64,000 bases of DNA from Planctomycetales bacterium (GCA_022614695.1 JAKEIC010000342.1:4012-68011); one strand, 5' to 3'. Shown: positions 1-9,206, counted from the first letter of the stretch. Numbers and translations are program-made. The notes: generated by a model not told the origin, from the sequence alone.

Positions 1-1836
1 GCCCGCGGCCGGGGCCTGGACCTCGGCCACCCGCGGGAGCTCACCGCGGGCAAGGACTTCGTCCCGCTCTCGTTCTCGCCCAAGCGCGAGGTGACGGGCC
101 GGCTGGTCTTCGCGGGGTACGGCGCGCGTGACGAGGAGTCGGGGTGGGACGACTACGCGGGGCTCGACGTGAAGGGGGCGATCGTGGTGCTGCTCCGCGC
201 GGGGCCGAAGGCGCGGCCTCCCGGGGTGAAGCGGCCGCCCGGCGTCATGGCGATGGTCGGCCGGAACCCCGAGGTGCGCGGCCAGGTCCGGAACGCCTTC
301 CGCGAGGGCGCCGCGGGGGTCCTCCTCGTCGAGAGCCCGCGCGTCGAGGGGGACCGGCTCCCGCCGCTGGCCGGGCGGGCCGAGCCGGGCGAAATCCCGT
401 GCGCCGTGGTCCGGCGCGCGGTGCTCGCCCCGGTCCTCGAGGCGGCCGGGCTCGACCTCGCCGCGTGGCAGGACGCCTCCGACGGGAAGAAGTCGCCCGC
501 GTCCCACCCCGACCTCCACGCCGAGGCGACCCTCGCGACCGAGGTGCGGCGCGTCGAGGTGATCGGCCGGAACGTGGTCGGGATCCTCGAGGGGTCGGAC
601 CCCGCGAAGCGCCGGGAGTTCGTCGTGATCGGCGCCCACGCCGACCACGTGGGCCGGAACGAGGCGGGAGGCGCCGCCGACGGGAACGACGAGATCCACA
701 ACGGGGCCGACGACAACGGCTCGGGGACGGCGGGGCTCCTCGAGATCGCGGAGGCCTTCGCGACCTGCGCGGTCCGCCCCGCGCGCTCCGTCGCGTTCCT
801 CTCGTTCACGGGCGAGGAGCTGGGGCTCCTCGGGAGCTACCACTGGGTCCGGAACCCACTGATCCCGCTCGCCGACACGGTCGCGATGGTCAACCTCGAC
901 ATGATCGGCCGCTCGCGGGAGGGGAAGTGCTCGGTGGAAGGGAACGTGACCGCCGAGGCGTTCCCGGACCTCGTCCGGGGCCGGAACGCCGGGATCGGGC
1001 TCACGCTCTCGTTCCCGAAGTCGGTCCGCCCCGACTCGGACCACTGGCCCTTCATCGAGAAGGGGATCCCGACCATCATGTTCTTCACGGGCCTCCACCC
1101 CGACTACCACAAGGCGACGGACGACTGGGACAAGATCAACGGCGAGGACGCGGCGCGGGTCGCCCGGCTCGCGTTCCTCTGCGCGGCGGACCTCGCCTCG
1201 CGGCCCGAGCGCCTCGCCTACGTGAAGCCGAAGGGGGGGATGTTCGCCCCGCAGGCTCCGCGCGGGGGGGTGCGGCTCGGGATCTTCAGCGACCAGGACT
1301 TCGAGGGGCCGGGGATCCGGGTGACCCAGCTCGTGCCCGGCGGCCCGGCCGAGAAGGCGGGCCTCAAGCCGGGCGACGTCGTCGTGAAGCTGGCGGGCCG
1401 GGAACTCAAGGAGATCGCCGACCTCCACGAGGCGCTCGGAAAGCTCAAGTCCGGCGACACGAGCGAGGTCGAGGTCCGGCGGGGGGCCGAGACACTCGCT
1501 CTCAAGATCGAGTTCGCGGCCGCCGCGGGGGCCGCGCCGGCGCCCGCCGACGAGCAGCCGAGGCCGCGCCTCGGGTTCATGCCCGACTACGGGTTCGACG
1601 GGCCGGGCGTGAAGGCGACCGAGGTGACGCCCGACATGCCCGGGTCGCGGGCCGGCCTCCAGGCAGGCGACATAGTCCTCAAGCTCGGGAACCTGGAGGT
1701 GAAGGGCCTCGAGGACTTGATGATGGCGCTCGGGGCCCAGAAGCCGGGCTCCACCGTCGAGGTCGTCGTCCGGCGCGGGGAGAAGACGGAGACCCTGAAG
1801 GTCACCTTCGACGGGACGCCCCCGAAGGACAAGTAG
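1..1836 (+). CDS. M28-family metallo-aminopeptidase with PA domain and two C-terminal PDZ domains (5'-partial, continues upstream of window)
   Basis: Frame of ORF 91..1836 is open to the window edge. HADHVGRNE...NGADDNGSGTAGLLEIAEAF are M28 zinc-ligand motifs. Two PDZ units (GIRVTQLVPGGPAEKAGLKPGDVV and GSRAGLQAGDIVLKLG). Confidence 0.8.
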   Translation, partial: ARGRGLDLGHPRELTAGKDFVPLSFSPKREVTGRLVFAGYGARDEESGWDDYAGLDVKGAIVVLLRAGPKARPPGVKRPPGVMAMVGRNPEVRGQVRNAFREGAAGVLLVESPRVEGDRLPPLAGRAEPGEIPCAVVRRAVLAPVLEAAGLDLAAWQDASDGKKSPASHPDLHAEATLATEVRRVEVIGRNVVGILEGSDPAKRREFVVIGAHADHVGRNEAGGAADGNDEIHNGADDNGSGTAGLLEIAEAFATCAVRPARSVAFLSFTGEELGLLGSYHWVRNPLIPLADTVAMVNLDMIGRSREGKCSVEGNVTAEAFPDLVRGRNAGIGLTLSFPKSVRPDSDHWPFIEKGIPTIMFFTGLHPDYHKATDDWDKINGEDAARVARLAFLCAADLASRPERLAYVKPKGGMFAPQAPRGGVRLGIFSDQDFEGPGIRVTQLVPGGPAEKAGLKPGDVVVKLAGRELKEIADLHEALGKLKSGDTSEVEVRRGAETLALKIEFAAAAGAAPAPADEQPRPRLGFMPDYGFDGPGVKATEVTPDMPGSRAGLQAGDIVLKLGNLEVKGLEDLMMALGAQKPGSTVEVVVRRGEKTETLKVTFDGTPPKDK

Positions 1837-1841
1837 TCCGG

Positions 1842-2933
1842 GTGGAGAAGGTCCGGATAGACCCGGACATCCGGCGGGCGGCGACGCTCCCGGCGCGGGT
1901 CTACCGGGACCCCGAGGCGTTCGCCCTCCAGCGCGAGAGGCTCTTCCCGCGGGCGTGGCACCTGGTGGGGGACGCGGCGCTCCTGCGCGAGCCGGGGGAC
2001 CGGATGCCGGTGACGCTCCTCCCCGGGGCGCTCGACGAGCCGCTCCTCCTCGCACGCGGGAAGGACGGACGGGTGCGGCTCCTCTCGAACGTCTGCACGC
2101 ACCGCGGGAACGTACTCGTGACGGAGCCCGGCCGGGGCCAGGACATCCGGTGCCGCTACCACGGGCGGCGATTCGGCCTGGACGGGAAGTTCCTCTCGAT
2201 GCCCGAGTTCGCGGAGGCGGTCGGGTTCCCGAGCCGCTCCGACGACCTCCCCGAGGTCCCGCTCGGCGAGTGGGGCCGGTTCCTCCTCGGATCGCTCGCG
2301 CCGGAGGTGGCGGCCGAGAAGCTCCTCGAGCCGATCCGGGCGCGGGCGGGCTTCGTTCCGCTCGAGAAGCTCGCCTTCGACCCGAAGGGCGCGCGCGATT
2401 ACGAGGTGGCGGCGAACTGGGCGCTCTACCTCGACAACTACCTCGAGGGGTTCCACATCCCCTACGTCCACGCCTCGCTGAACGAGGCCCTCGACTACGC
2501 GGCCTACGCGACCGAGCTCTCCGAGTGGGGCGTCGTCCAGGTGGGCGTCGCGGCCGCGGGCGAGCCGGCCTTCGACCTTCCGGCGGGGCACCCCGACGTG
2601 GGGAAGCGGATCGGCGCCTACTATTTCTGGCTGTTCCCGACGACGATGTTCAACGTCTACCCGTGGGGCATCTCGGTGAACGTGGTCCAGCCGCTCGCCC
2701 ACGACAGGACCCGGGTCTCGTTCCTCCCCTACGTGCTCGACCCCCTGAAGCGCGGCGTCGGCGCGGGCTCGGGCCTCGACCGCGTCGAGCGCGAGGACGA
2801 GCAGGTGGTCGAGTCCGTCCAGCGCGGGGTGCGCTCGAGGCTCTACGACCGCGGCCGCTACTCGCCGACCCGGGAGACGGGCGTGCACCACTTCCACCGG
2901 CTGCTCGTGCGGGGGATGGGGATGGAAGGGTAG
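1842..2933 (+). CDS. Rieske [2Fe-2S] non-haem-iron oxygenase alpha-subunit-like protein (choline/carnitine-monooxygenase type)
   Basis: CTHRG...CRYHG Rieske cluster motif and EGFHIPYVH mononuclear-Fe His ligands. Lies in the C-terminal part of the Arg-rich artefact ORF 144..2933. GTG at 1842 is 6 nt after the upstream stop. Start is uncertain by a few codons. Confidence 0.7.
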   Translation: MEKVRIDPDIRRAATLPARVYRDPEAFALQRERLFPRAWHLVGDAALLREPGDRMPVTLLPGALDEPLLLARGKDGRVRLLSNVCTHRGNVLVTEPGRGQDIRCRYHGRRFGLDGKFLSMPEFAEAVGFPSRSDDLPEVPLGEWGRFLLGSLAPEVAAEKLLEPIRARAGFVPLEKLAFDPKGARDYEVAANWALYLDNYLEGFHIPYVHASLNEALDYAAYATELSEWGVVQVGVAAAGEPAFDLPAGHPDVGKRIGAYYFWLFPTTMFNVYPWGISVNVVQPLAHDRTRVSFLPYVLDPLKRGVGAGSGLDRVEREDEQVVESVQRGVRSRLYDRGRYSPTRETGVHHFHRLLVRGMGMEG

Positions 2934-2935
2934 CC

Positions 2936-3904
2936 TCAGCGGACGCGGTTTTTCGGCTCCTCCCCCCTCAGAACCCGCACGAGGTCCTCGGCGGCCATCA
3001 CCGCCATCATCGAGCGCGTCTCCTCCGTGGCGCTTGCCACGTGGGGGAGGAGGACCACGTTCTCGAGCTTCGCGAGGCCCGGGGCGAGCTTCGGTTCCCG
3101 CTCGTAGACGTCGAGGGCGGCCGCGCGGAGCTGCCCGGCGCGAAGGGCCGCGACGAGCGCCTTCTCGTCCACCACCGGGCCGCGCGAGGTGTTCACGAGG
3201 ATCGCCGTGCGCTTCATGAGCGCGAGGCGGCGGGCGTCGAGGAGGTGGCGGGTCTCGTCCGAGAGGGGGACGTGCACGGTGACGAAGTCGGAAGCGCGGA
3301 GGAGGTCGTCCAAGTCGGCGCGCTGCGCGCCGACCTCCCGCTCGAACTCGGGCTTCGCGTTCCGCGACCAGTAGAGGACCTCCATCCCGAGCCCGTCCGC
3401 GCGCCGTCCCACGGCCTGGCCGATGCGGCCGGCGCCCACGATCCCCAGGGTCTTCCCCGCGACGGCGACTCCGAGCAGGAGCGTCGGCCCCCAGGCGCGG
3501 AACTTCCCCGCCCGCACCATCCGGTCCCCCTCGGGGATCCGGCGGGCGGCAGCCAGCAGGAGCGCGATCGCGCACTCGGCCGTCGCCTCGGTCAGCACCC
3601 CGGGCGTGTTCGTGACGGCGATCCCACGCCGCGCGCAGGCCTCGAGCGCGACGTGGTCGGTCCCGACCGACATCGTGGCAACGACGCGCAGCCGGTCCGC
3701 AGCGGCGATCACGCGCGCGTCCATCGGGTCGGTGAGCTGGCAGAGGACCCCCTCCCGCCCGGGGACGAGCCGGAGGAGTTCCGGGCGTCCGGGAGGGTCC
3801 TGCGACTTCCGGACCTCGAACGGGATCCCGGAGTCCCGCAGAACCCGCAGCCCCGCCTCCGGGATCGCCCGGGTGGAGAGGATCGGCGAGGCCGGCCGGC
3901 TCAT
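2936..3904 (-). CDS. D-isomer-specific 2-hydroxyacid dehydrogenase (glyoxylate/hydroxypyruvate reductase-like)
   Basis: NAD-binding GIVGAGRIGQAVG, catalytic region LVNTSRG...LDVYEREP, HVASATEE. 322 aa, typical length. Confidence 0.85.
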   Translation of the reverse strand: MSRPASPILSTRAIPEAGLRVLRDSGIPFEVRKSQDPPGRPELLRLVPGREGVLCQLTDPMDARVIAAADRLRVVATMSVGTDHVALEACARRGIAVTNTPGVLTEATAECAIALLLAAARRIPEGDRMVRAGKFRAWGPTLLLGVAVAGKTLGIVGAGRIGQAVGRRADGLGMEVLYWSRNAKPEFEREVGAQRADLDDLLRASDFVTVHVPLSDETRHLLDARRLALMKRTAILVNTSRGPVVDEKALVAALRAGQLRAAALDVYEREPKLAPGLAKLENVVLLPHVASATEETRSMMAVMAAEDLVRVLRGEEPKNRVR

Positions 3905-5082
3905 GGCCGGAGCTTTTTCATCGCCCGCCCGATCGCCGCCATCCCGCCCGCGATCGTCTCGTCGGAGACGGCGAACGAGAGGCGGAAGTGGCCCGGGCAG
4001 CCGAAGCCCCTCCCCGGGACGACGAGGACCATCTCGTCAACCAGCCGCTCGATGAACTTCGTCTCGTCGGGGAGGGGAGACTTCGGGAAGACGTAGAAGC
4101 CGGCCTCCGGCGTGACGAACTCGATCCCCGCCTCGCGGAGCCCGCGCCCGACCGCCTCGGCCTTCGCCCGGTACTCGGCCCGGCCGACCGACTTCCCGAG
4201 GAGAGGGAGGAGCGCCCGCTGCATCGTGGCGGGGGCGTTCACGAACCCGAGCGTCCGCGTCGTGAACGTGATCGCGTCGGCGAGCCTCGGCTCGTCCACG
4301 CCCGGGTGGATCGCCACGACGCCGATCCGGTCCCCGGGGATCGAGAGGGCCTTGGACCAGGAGTAGACGAAGAAGGAGTTCTCGTAGTACGAGGCCGGCG
4401 ACGGCACGGGACGGTCCCCGAACGCGAGGTCGCGGTACGGCTCGTCGGAGAGGAGGTAGACGGCGCGTCCGAGCCCCTGCGAGGCCGCTCGCAGCAGCTC
4501 CCCGAGCGCCCGGCACTCCCTCTCGGTGTAGACCCGCCCGCAGGGGTTGTTCGGCGTGTTCACGAGGACGGCCGCGGTCCGGGGGCCGACCGCCTTCTCG
4601 ATCCCCTCGAGAGGGATCCCGAACCCCGGGACCGCCGGGACCGTCACCGAGACGCCGCCGTGGTTCGCGATGTAGAACGGGTACTCGACGAAGAACGGGG
4701 CGAGCATGAGGACCTCGTCCCCGGGGGCCAGGATCGCCTTGAGCGTCGCGTTGAGAGCCCCGCCCGCGCCGACGCTCATGACCACGTCGCGGGCCCGCGC
4801 CGCGAAGACCCCCGCCTTCTTCACCCAGGCCGCGACCGCCTCGCGGACGTCGGGGAACCCCGCGTTCGGCATGTAGCGGTGGTGGCCGGTGCCCCGCTCG
4901 CGCGCGAGGTCGCCGAGGGCCTGGAAGAACTCCTCGGGCGGGTCGAGGACCGGGTTCCCGAGCGAGAAGTCGTAGACCTTGTCGGCCCCGTGTTTTTGGC
5001 GCAGCTCCTGCCCCCGCTCGAACATCCGGCGGATCCAGGAGGCCCCCTCCATGGCCGCGGAGATCTGCGGGGAGAGGGGCAC
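3901..5082 (-). CDS. PLP-dependent aminotransferase, class I/II (AspC/AlaT-like)
   Basis: NPCGRVYT and SWSKALSIPGDRIG (PLP-Lys region). 393 aa. 4-nt ATGA overlap with the downstream dehydrogenase indicates an operon. Confidence 0.85.
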   Translation of the reverse strand: MPLSPQISAAMEGASWIRRMFERGQELRQKHGADKVYDFSLGNPVLDPPEEFFQALGDLARERGTGHHRYMPNAGFPDVREAVAAWVKKAGVFAARARDVVMSVGAGGALNATLKAILAPGDEVLMLAPFFVEYPFYIANHGGVSVTVPAVPGFGIPLEGIEKAVGPRTAAVLVNTPNNPCGRVYTERECRALGELLRAASQGLGRAVYLLSDEPYRDLAFGDRPVPSPASYYENSFFVYSWSKALSIPGDRIGVVAIHPGVDEPRLADAITFTTRTLGFVNAPATMQRALLPLLGKSVGRAEYRAKAEAVGRGLREAGIEFVTPEAGFYVFPKSPLPDETKFIERLVDEMVLVVPGRGFGCPGHFRLSFAVSDETIAGGMAAIGRAMKKLRP

Positions 5083-5148
5083 GGGGCGGAGAAGTCTACC
5101 CGGCGGAGGCTCGACGCGGCGACGCGGCGGAAGGGCCGCCGTTGGTTG

Positions 5149-5499
5149 CTACTTCTTGTCTCCCTTACCCTTGGCCGGCGCCGCCGCGGCGCCCTTCCCG
5201 GCCGGAGCCGCGCCCTTCCCCGGAGCGGCGCCCTTGCCCGCCGGCGCCGCCGCGGCCGGGGCGGCCGCGCCCGGGGCCGCCACCGCGCCCTCGGCGCCCG
5301 GAACGGCCTCGACCTCCTTCGCCGCCTTCTTCTTCGCCTTCACCTTGAGCCGGGCCTTGACCTTGGGGAGCCCGAAGATGGATCGCCCGTCCTTCCAGAG
5401 CCCGTCCGTCATCAACTTGGCGATGCGCTCGGACCGGCTGAGGACGTTCCGCGACCGCTTGAGGGCGGTGGTGACCTGGAGGCTCTTGTGGATGGACAT
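5149..5499 (-). CDS. small basic protein with Lys/Ala/Pro-rich histone-H1-like tail (possible nucleoid- or ribosome-associated protein)
   Basis: 116-aa ORF, N-terminal MSIHKSLQVTTALKRSRNVLSRSERIAKL, C-terminal AKKKAAKE...GKGAAPGKGAAPAGKG low-complexity tail. Family not recognised. Confidence 0.45.
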   Translation of the reverse strand: MSIHKSLQVTTALKRSRNVLSRSERIAKLMTDGLWKDGRSIFGLPKVKARLKVKAKKKAAKEVEAVPGAEGAVAAPGAAAPAAAAPAGKGAAPGKGAAPAGKGAAAAPAKGKGDKK

Positions 5500-5610
5500 G
5501 GAGGGGGCGGAACTATAGGAGCCCCGTCCGCCGCCGTCAACGCCCCGCCAGGCGAGGGCGCGTCATTCGCGCGCGCCTCTCTGTTGCGCGCGAGCGATGC
5601 GGCCTTGCGA

Positions 5611-6441
5611 CTACTGCGTCCGCTTGAGGACGAACGAGTCGGAGAAGGTGTCGTAGTCGCAGCGGGCCTTCTTGATGTCCCCGAGGACGCCCTTGATGTC
5701 CTGGCCGTTGGCGGAGTCGTAGGCTCCGACCTCCACCACGTAGCTCTTGCCGGACGCGCGGGCGACCGCCGGCTTAAACCCGAGCCCCTCCACATGGGCG
5801 CGGATCTGCTGGGCGCGGGCCTTCCCGGCGGCGTCGCCGGGGAGCGAGATGATCCGGATGACGAACTTGCCGATCGGCGACCTCTCGGCCGCCTCCTCGA
5901 CCTTGGGCGCGGGGGGAGGGGTGGGCGGGAGCGGGCCCGGGCCCACGAGCGAGAGCGGGATCGGCTCGGTCGTGACCGGCGCGGCCGGTCCGGCGGGGGC
6001 GGCGGCCGCGGGCGGAACGGCCGCCTTCGCGATCTCCGCGGGCTTCCCCATCTGCTCGAGGTACACGGTGTCCGGCGCCGCGGCGCCGGGGGACGCGGCC
6101 ACGGCGGGCGTGGCCGGGGCGCCGGCGTTGCGGCCGGCCCGGGCTCCGAGCGTGAACGACACGAGATTGGTCACGAGCAGGCCCAGGAGTCCGGCCACGG
6201 CGAGGTCCATCCGGAACCGCCCCCTCGCCGCGTCGGCCTCTTCCCCCGCGAACAGCCGCGCGCGCTCGGGCTTGGCGACGGTCGTGGGGATCGGCTTCGT
6301 CGAGCCGAGCCCGACGAGCCCGGGGAAGTCGGGGACCGCCCCGGAGAGCCGGATCGGGGCCTGCGGGCTCCCGAGGAGGCCCTTGCCCCTCTTCGGATCG
6401 AGCAGGATGTCGAGGAACTCGCCGGCCTTCTTTCGGGACAT
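5611..6441 (-). CDS. SPOR-domain (peptidoglycan-binding) membrane protein
   Basis: ATG at 6441 within longer artefact ORF 5611..7347. Cytoplasmic MSRKKAGEF..., one TM helix (LAVAGLLGLLVTNLVSF), Pro/Ala linker, C-terminal SPOR fold (KFVIRIISLPGDAAGKARAQ...SYVVEVGAYDSANG). G-rich RBS-like stretch upstream. Confidence 0.75.
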   Translation of the reverse strand: MSRKKAGEFLDILLDPKRGKGLLGSPQAPIRLSGAVPDFPGLVGLGSTKPIPTTVAKPERARLFAGEEADAARGRFRMDLAVAGLLGLLVTNLVSFTLGARAGRNAGAPATPAVAASPGAAAPDTVYLEQMGKPAEIAKAAVPPAAAAPAGPAAPVTTEPIPLSLVGPGPLPPTPPPAPKVEEAAERSPIGKFVIRIISLPGDAAGKARAQQIRAHVEGLGFKPAVARASGKSYVVEVGAYDSANGQDIKGVLGDIKKARCDYDTFSDSFVLKRTQ

Positions 6442-6523
6442 CGGCACCCCCCCTTCGGGTACGGACACAACGGGGCCATTCCGGTACGGACCCCGGGGGG
6501 TATCGGCTGCGGGGGACGTCTCC

Positions 6524-6877
6524 TTGAGTACACTCCTGCCCGTGCCCCTCCCCCGGTCCGACATCGTGGTCCAGTTCCTCCGCGGCTCCGGCCCCGGGGG
6601 GTCGAACCGGAACAAGGTCGTGACCGGGGTCCGGGTCCGCCACGTCCCGACGGGGCTCGTCGCGATGGCGACCGAGCGGCGCTCACAGGCGCGGAACCTC
6701 GCGATCGCGCTCGACCGGCTCGAGGAGCGGGTGGGGGAGCACGCGCGGCCCAAGGTCCCCCGGGTCGCGACGGCCCCCACGGCCGGCGCGCGCCGGCGAC
6801 GGATCGAGGCGAAGCGTCGGCGGGGGGCCCGGAAGGCGGCCCGGAGGCCGGCGGGCCCCTTGGATGCCGGGGAGTAG
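6524..6877 (+). CDS. RF-1-domain / ArfB-like peptidyl-tRNA hydrolase homolog with GGS in place of GGQ
   Basis: SGPGGSNRNKVVTGVRVRHVPTGLVAMATERRSQARN aligns with the release-factor GGQ loop, followed by a basic tail. Start TTG 6524 (GTG 6542/6566 are alternatives). Divergent from the SPOR gene. Confidence 0.55.
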   Translation: MSTLLPVPLPRSDIVVQFLRGSGPGGSNRNKVVTGVRVRHVPTGLVAMATERRSQARNLAIALDRLEERVGEHARPKVPRVATAPTAGARRRRIEAKRRRGARKAARRPAGPLDAGE

Positions 6878-6895
6878 AATCCTCCCGGGTCCTTC

Positions 6896-7651
6896 ATGTC
6901 CCCTCCCCTCATCCTCGGCCATCGCGGCGCGAGCCGGGACGCTCCCGAGAACACCCTCTCGGCGTTCCGGCTGGCGCTTTCGCAGGGGGCCCACGGGGTC
7001 GAGCTGGACGTCCGGCGCTCGGGGGACGGGGAGCTCCTCTGCCTCCACGACGCCGACCTCGGACGGACGGTGCCGGGGGAAGGCGAGGTCGAGTACACCC
7101 CGGCCGCGACGATCCGGGCCGCCGACGCGGGCGGGTGGTTCTCGCCGACCTTCCGGGGCGAGAGGGTGCCGACCCTCGTGGAGGCGTGCGATGCGCTCCG
7201 GACCGCCCGCCTCGTCATGGTCGAGGTGAAGGCCCCGAAGGACGACCGGGACCTCCTCCTGCCCGGCATCTCCGAGGCGATGGCGGCGTTCCTCCGGGCG
7301 CCGCGCCCCGGGCCCGCGCTCCTCGTCGCGTCGTTCACGGTCCCCATCCTCCGCGAGATCCACGAGGCGGTGCCCGAGGCTCCCCTCGCGGCGATCGTGG
7401 GGCGCGCGATGGGCCCGTCCGAGTGGCGCTGGCTCCTCGGGCTCCCCCTGCGCGCCGTCTCCCTCGGCGACGAGTGGGCGACTCCTGACCGGATCCGGCA
7501 GATCCGGGAGACGGGCCGGGACGTCTACGTCTGGACCGTGGACGACGTCGGGAAGGCCGGGGACCTTCTGGAACTCGGCGTCTCCGGGATCGTCACGAAC
7601 ACGCCGACCCGACTCGTCCGGGGGCTCGCGGGGCGAGATGGGACCGACTAG
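6896..7651 (+). CDS. glycerophosphodiester phosphodiesterase (GDPD/UgpQ-like)
   Basis: LILGHRGASRDAPENTLSAF...GVELDVRRS is the GDPD N-terminal catalytic signature. 251 aa. Confidence 0.85.
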   Translation: MSPPLILGHRGASRDAPENTLSAFRLALSQGAHGVELDVRRSGDGELLCLHDADLGRTVPGEGEVEYTPAATIRAADAGGWFSPTFRGERVPTLVEACDALRTARLVMVEVKAPKDDRDLLLPGISEAMAAFLRAPRPGPALLVASFTVPILREIHEAVPEAPLAAIVGRAMGPSEWRWLLGLPLRAVSLGDEWATPDRIRQIRETGRDVYVWTVDDVGKAGDLLELGVSGIVTNTPTRLVRGLAGRDGTD

Positions 7652-9206
7652 CAGGCTCGGACTCGTCCTCCTCGCGGCTGGCTGCGGGCGGGCAGCCCCC
7701 CCTCCCCTTCCCCCGCCGTCGCCGCCGGCAACCGCGGCCGTCCCCGCCGACGACGGGCTCGTGCAGCCTCCGCCTCCCGGCCCCGTCCTCCCGATGGGGA
7801 TGGCCGGGGACTGGTACCCGGGCTCGGCCGCCGCGTGCGCCGCCGAGGTGGACCGGCTGCTCTCCGAGGCCCCCGACCCGCCGCCGCTCCCCGGACCGCT
7901 CATCGCGCTCGTCCTCCCGCACGCGGGCTGGCGCTTCAGCGGCCGGATCTGCGCGACGGGCGTCAAGGCCGCGCGCGGGCAGGGGATCGAGACCGTGGTG
8001 CTCCTCGGGGTCTGCCATGCCGGGGCGAAGATCGGCCTCCGGGGCGCCGCGATCCACGCCGAGGGCTCGATCGAGACCCCCCTCGGCTACGCCGAGGTGG
8101 ACCGGGAGCTCGCGGGCGAGATCGTCCGCTGGCTCCCGGGAGCCGGCCCCCGGCCCGAGGCCTTCGCGGGGGAGCACTCGGTGGAGGTGATCGTCCCGTT
8201 CCTGCAACGGGCGCTCGGCCCGTCGGTCCGGGTCGTCCCGATGCTCGTCCGGACGGAGTCCCAGGAGGAGACCCACGCCGTCGCCGCGGCGCTCGAGATG
8301 GCCGTGAACGGGTTCCCGCGCCGGGTCCTCCTCGTGGCGAGCACCGACCTCGCGCACGGGGCCCCGAAGGGGCCGAGCGAGGTCTCCGACGCCGAGACGG
8401 TGGCCTCGTGGGGGACGCTCGACCCGCGGGTGATCCACTGGAAGCAGTCCGAGATCCGCGCCCGGACCCCGGACCTCCTCTGCACGATGTGCGGGAACGA
8501 CCCGGTGCTCGCCACCCTCTGGGCCGCGCGGCTCCTCGGCGGGACCCGGGTGACCGTCCTCGAGCGCGGGACCTCGGCCGACGCCCCCGCGGGGAGCCCG
8601 GACCGTGTCGTGGGCTACGCTGCCGCGGCCGTCACCGGGGGCGGCCTCGACCCCGAGGCGCAGAGGGAGCTCCTGCACCTGGCCCGGGAGACGGTCCTGG
8701 CGTCCGTCCTCGGCGAGCCCCGTCCGGAGGCGGACCTCGCCTCGCTCCCGGCCGTCCTCTCCGGGAAGGGTCCCGGCGTCTTCGTGACGCTCCGGCAGGG
8801 GGACCGGGTCCGCGCCTGCGTCGGGGTGCTCGCCTCGGAGCGGCCCCTCGCGAGGCTGGTGGCCGCCCAGGCGGCCTCGGCCGCCACGAAGGACCACCGC
8901 ATCGTCGAGGAGCCCCTCGCGAAGGCCGACCTCAGGCCGGTCGGGGGCGTGAAGATCGAGATCTCGGTGCTCGGCCCGATCGAGCCCGTCCGCTCCCCCG
9001 ACGAGATCATCGCCGGGGTCCACGGGGTCTCGCTCGACCGGGGCGACTCCCACGCCGTGCTCCTCCCGCAGGTCGCGATGGAGTCGCGCTACTCGCGGGA
9101 GAAGTTCCTCGCCTCGCTCTGCCGGAAGGCGAAGATCCCGGACGAGGCGTGGAAGGACCCCGGCACGAGGCTCCGGAAGTTCACCGCGTTCGTGTTCTCG
9201 GAGTGA
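7638..9206 (+). CDS. MEMO1-like (AmmeMemoRadiSam protein B) fused to AMMECR1 domain (protein A), with lipoprotein-type signal peptide
   Basis: N-terminus LLAAGC lipobox plus Pro-rich linker. LVLPHAGWRFSG (Memo HAGxxYSG). C-terminal RACVGVLASERPLA (AMMECR1 RGCIG-type motif). Overlaps the GDPD gene by 14 nt. Confidence 0.8.
   Translation: MGPTSRLGLVLLAAGCGRAAPPPLPPPSPPATAAVPADDGLVQPPPPGPVLPMGMAGDWYPGSAAACAAEVDRLLSEAPDPPPLPGPLIALVLPHAGWRFSGRICATGVKAARGQGIETVVLLGVCHAGAKIGLRGAAIHAEGSIETPLGYAEVDRELAGEIVRWLPGAGPRPEAFAGEHSVEVIVPFLQRALGPSVRVVPMLVRTESQEETHAVAAALEMAVNGFPRRVLLVASTDLAHGAPKGPSEVSDAETVASWGTLDPRVIHWKQSEIRARTPDLLCTMCGNDPVLATLWAARLLGGTRVTVLERGTSADAPAGSPDRVVGYAAAAVTGGGLDPEAQRELLHLARETVLASVLGEPRPEADLASLPAVLSGKGPGVFVTLRQGDRVRACVGVLASERPLARLVAAQAASAATKDHRIVEEPLAKADLRPVGGVKIEISVLGPIEPVRSPDEIIAGVHGVSLDRGDSHAVLLPQVAMESRYSREKFLASLCRKAKIPDEAWKDPGTRLRKFTAFVFSE

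Noticed and set aside
144-2933. 929-aa Arg/Gly/Pro-rich ORF spanning the first 3 kb
   Set aside because: Low-complexity high-GC frame artefact. Only its last 363 codons (Rieske oxygenase) have protein-like composition. The rest overlaps the M28 peptidase gene in another frame.
1587-3575. 662-aa minus-strand ORF and 713-aa plus ORF 1955..4096
   Set aside because: Arg/Pro/Gly-rich antisense or off-frame read-through of the real peptidase, oxygenase, dehydrogenase and aminotransferase genes.
5611-7347. Upstream 300 codons of the SPOR ORF (6442..7347) and ORFs 6683..7966 and 5774..6643 on the minus strand
   Set aside because: Ser/Arg/Pro low-complexity, antisense to arfB-like and GDPD genes. 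The SPOR protein starts at the internal ATG 6441, which has an RBS.
3988-7488. 1166-aa plus-strand ORF
   Set aside because: Runs antisense to the aminotransferase, small basic protein and SPOR genes and off-frame through arfB/GDPD. Composition is RG/RP-dominated.
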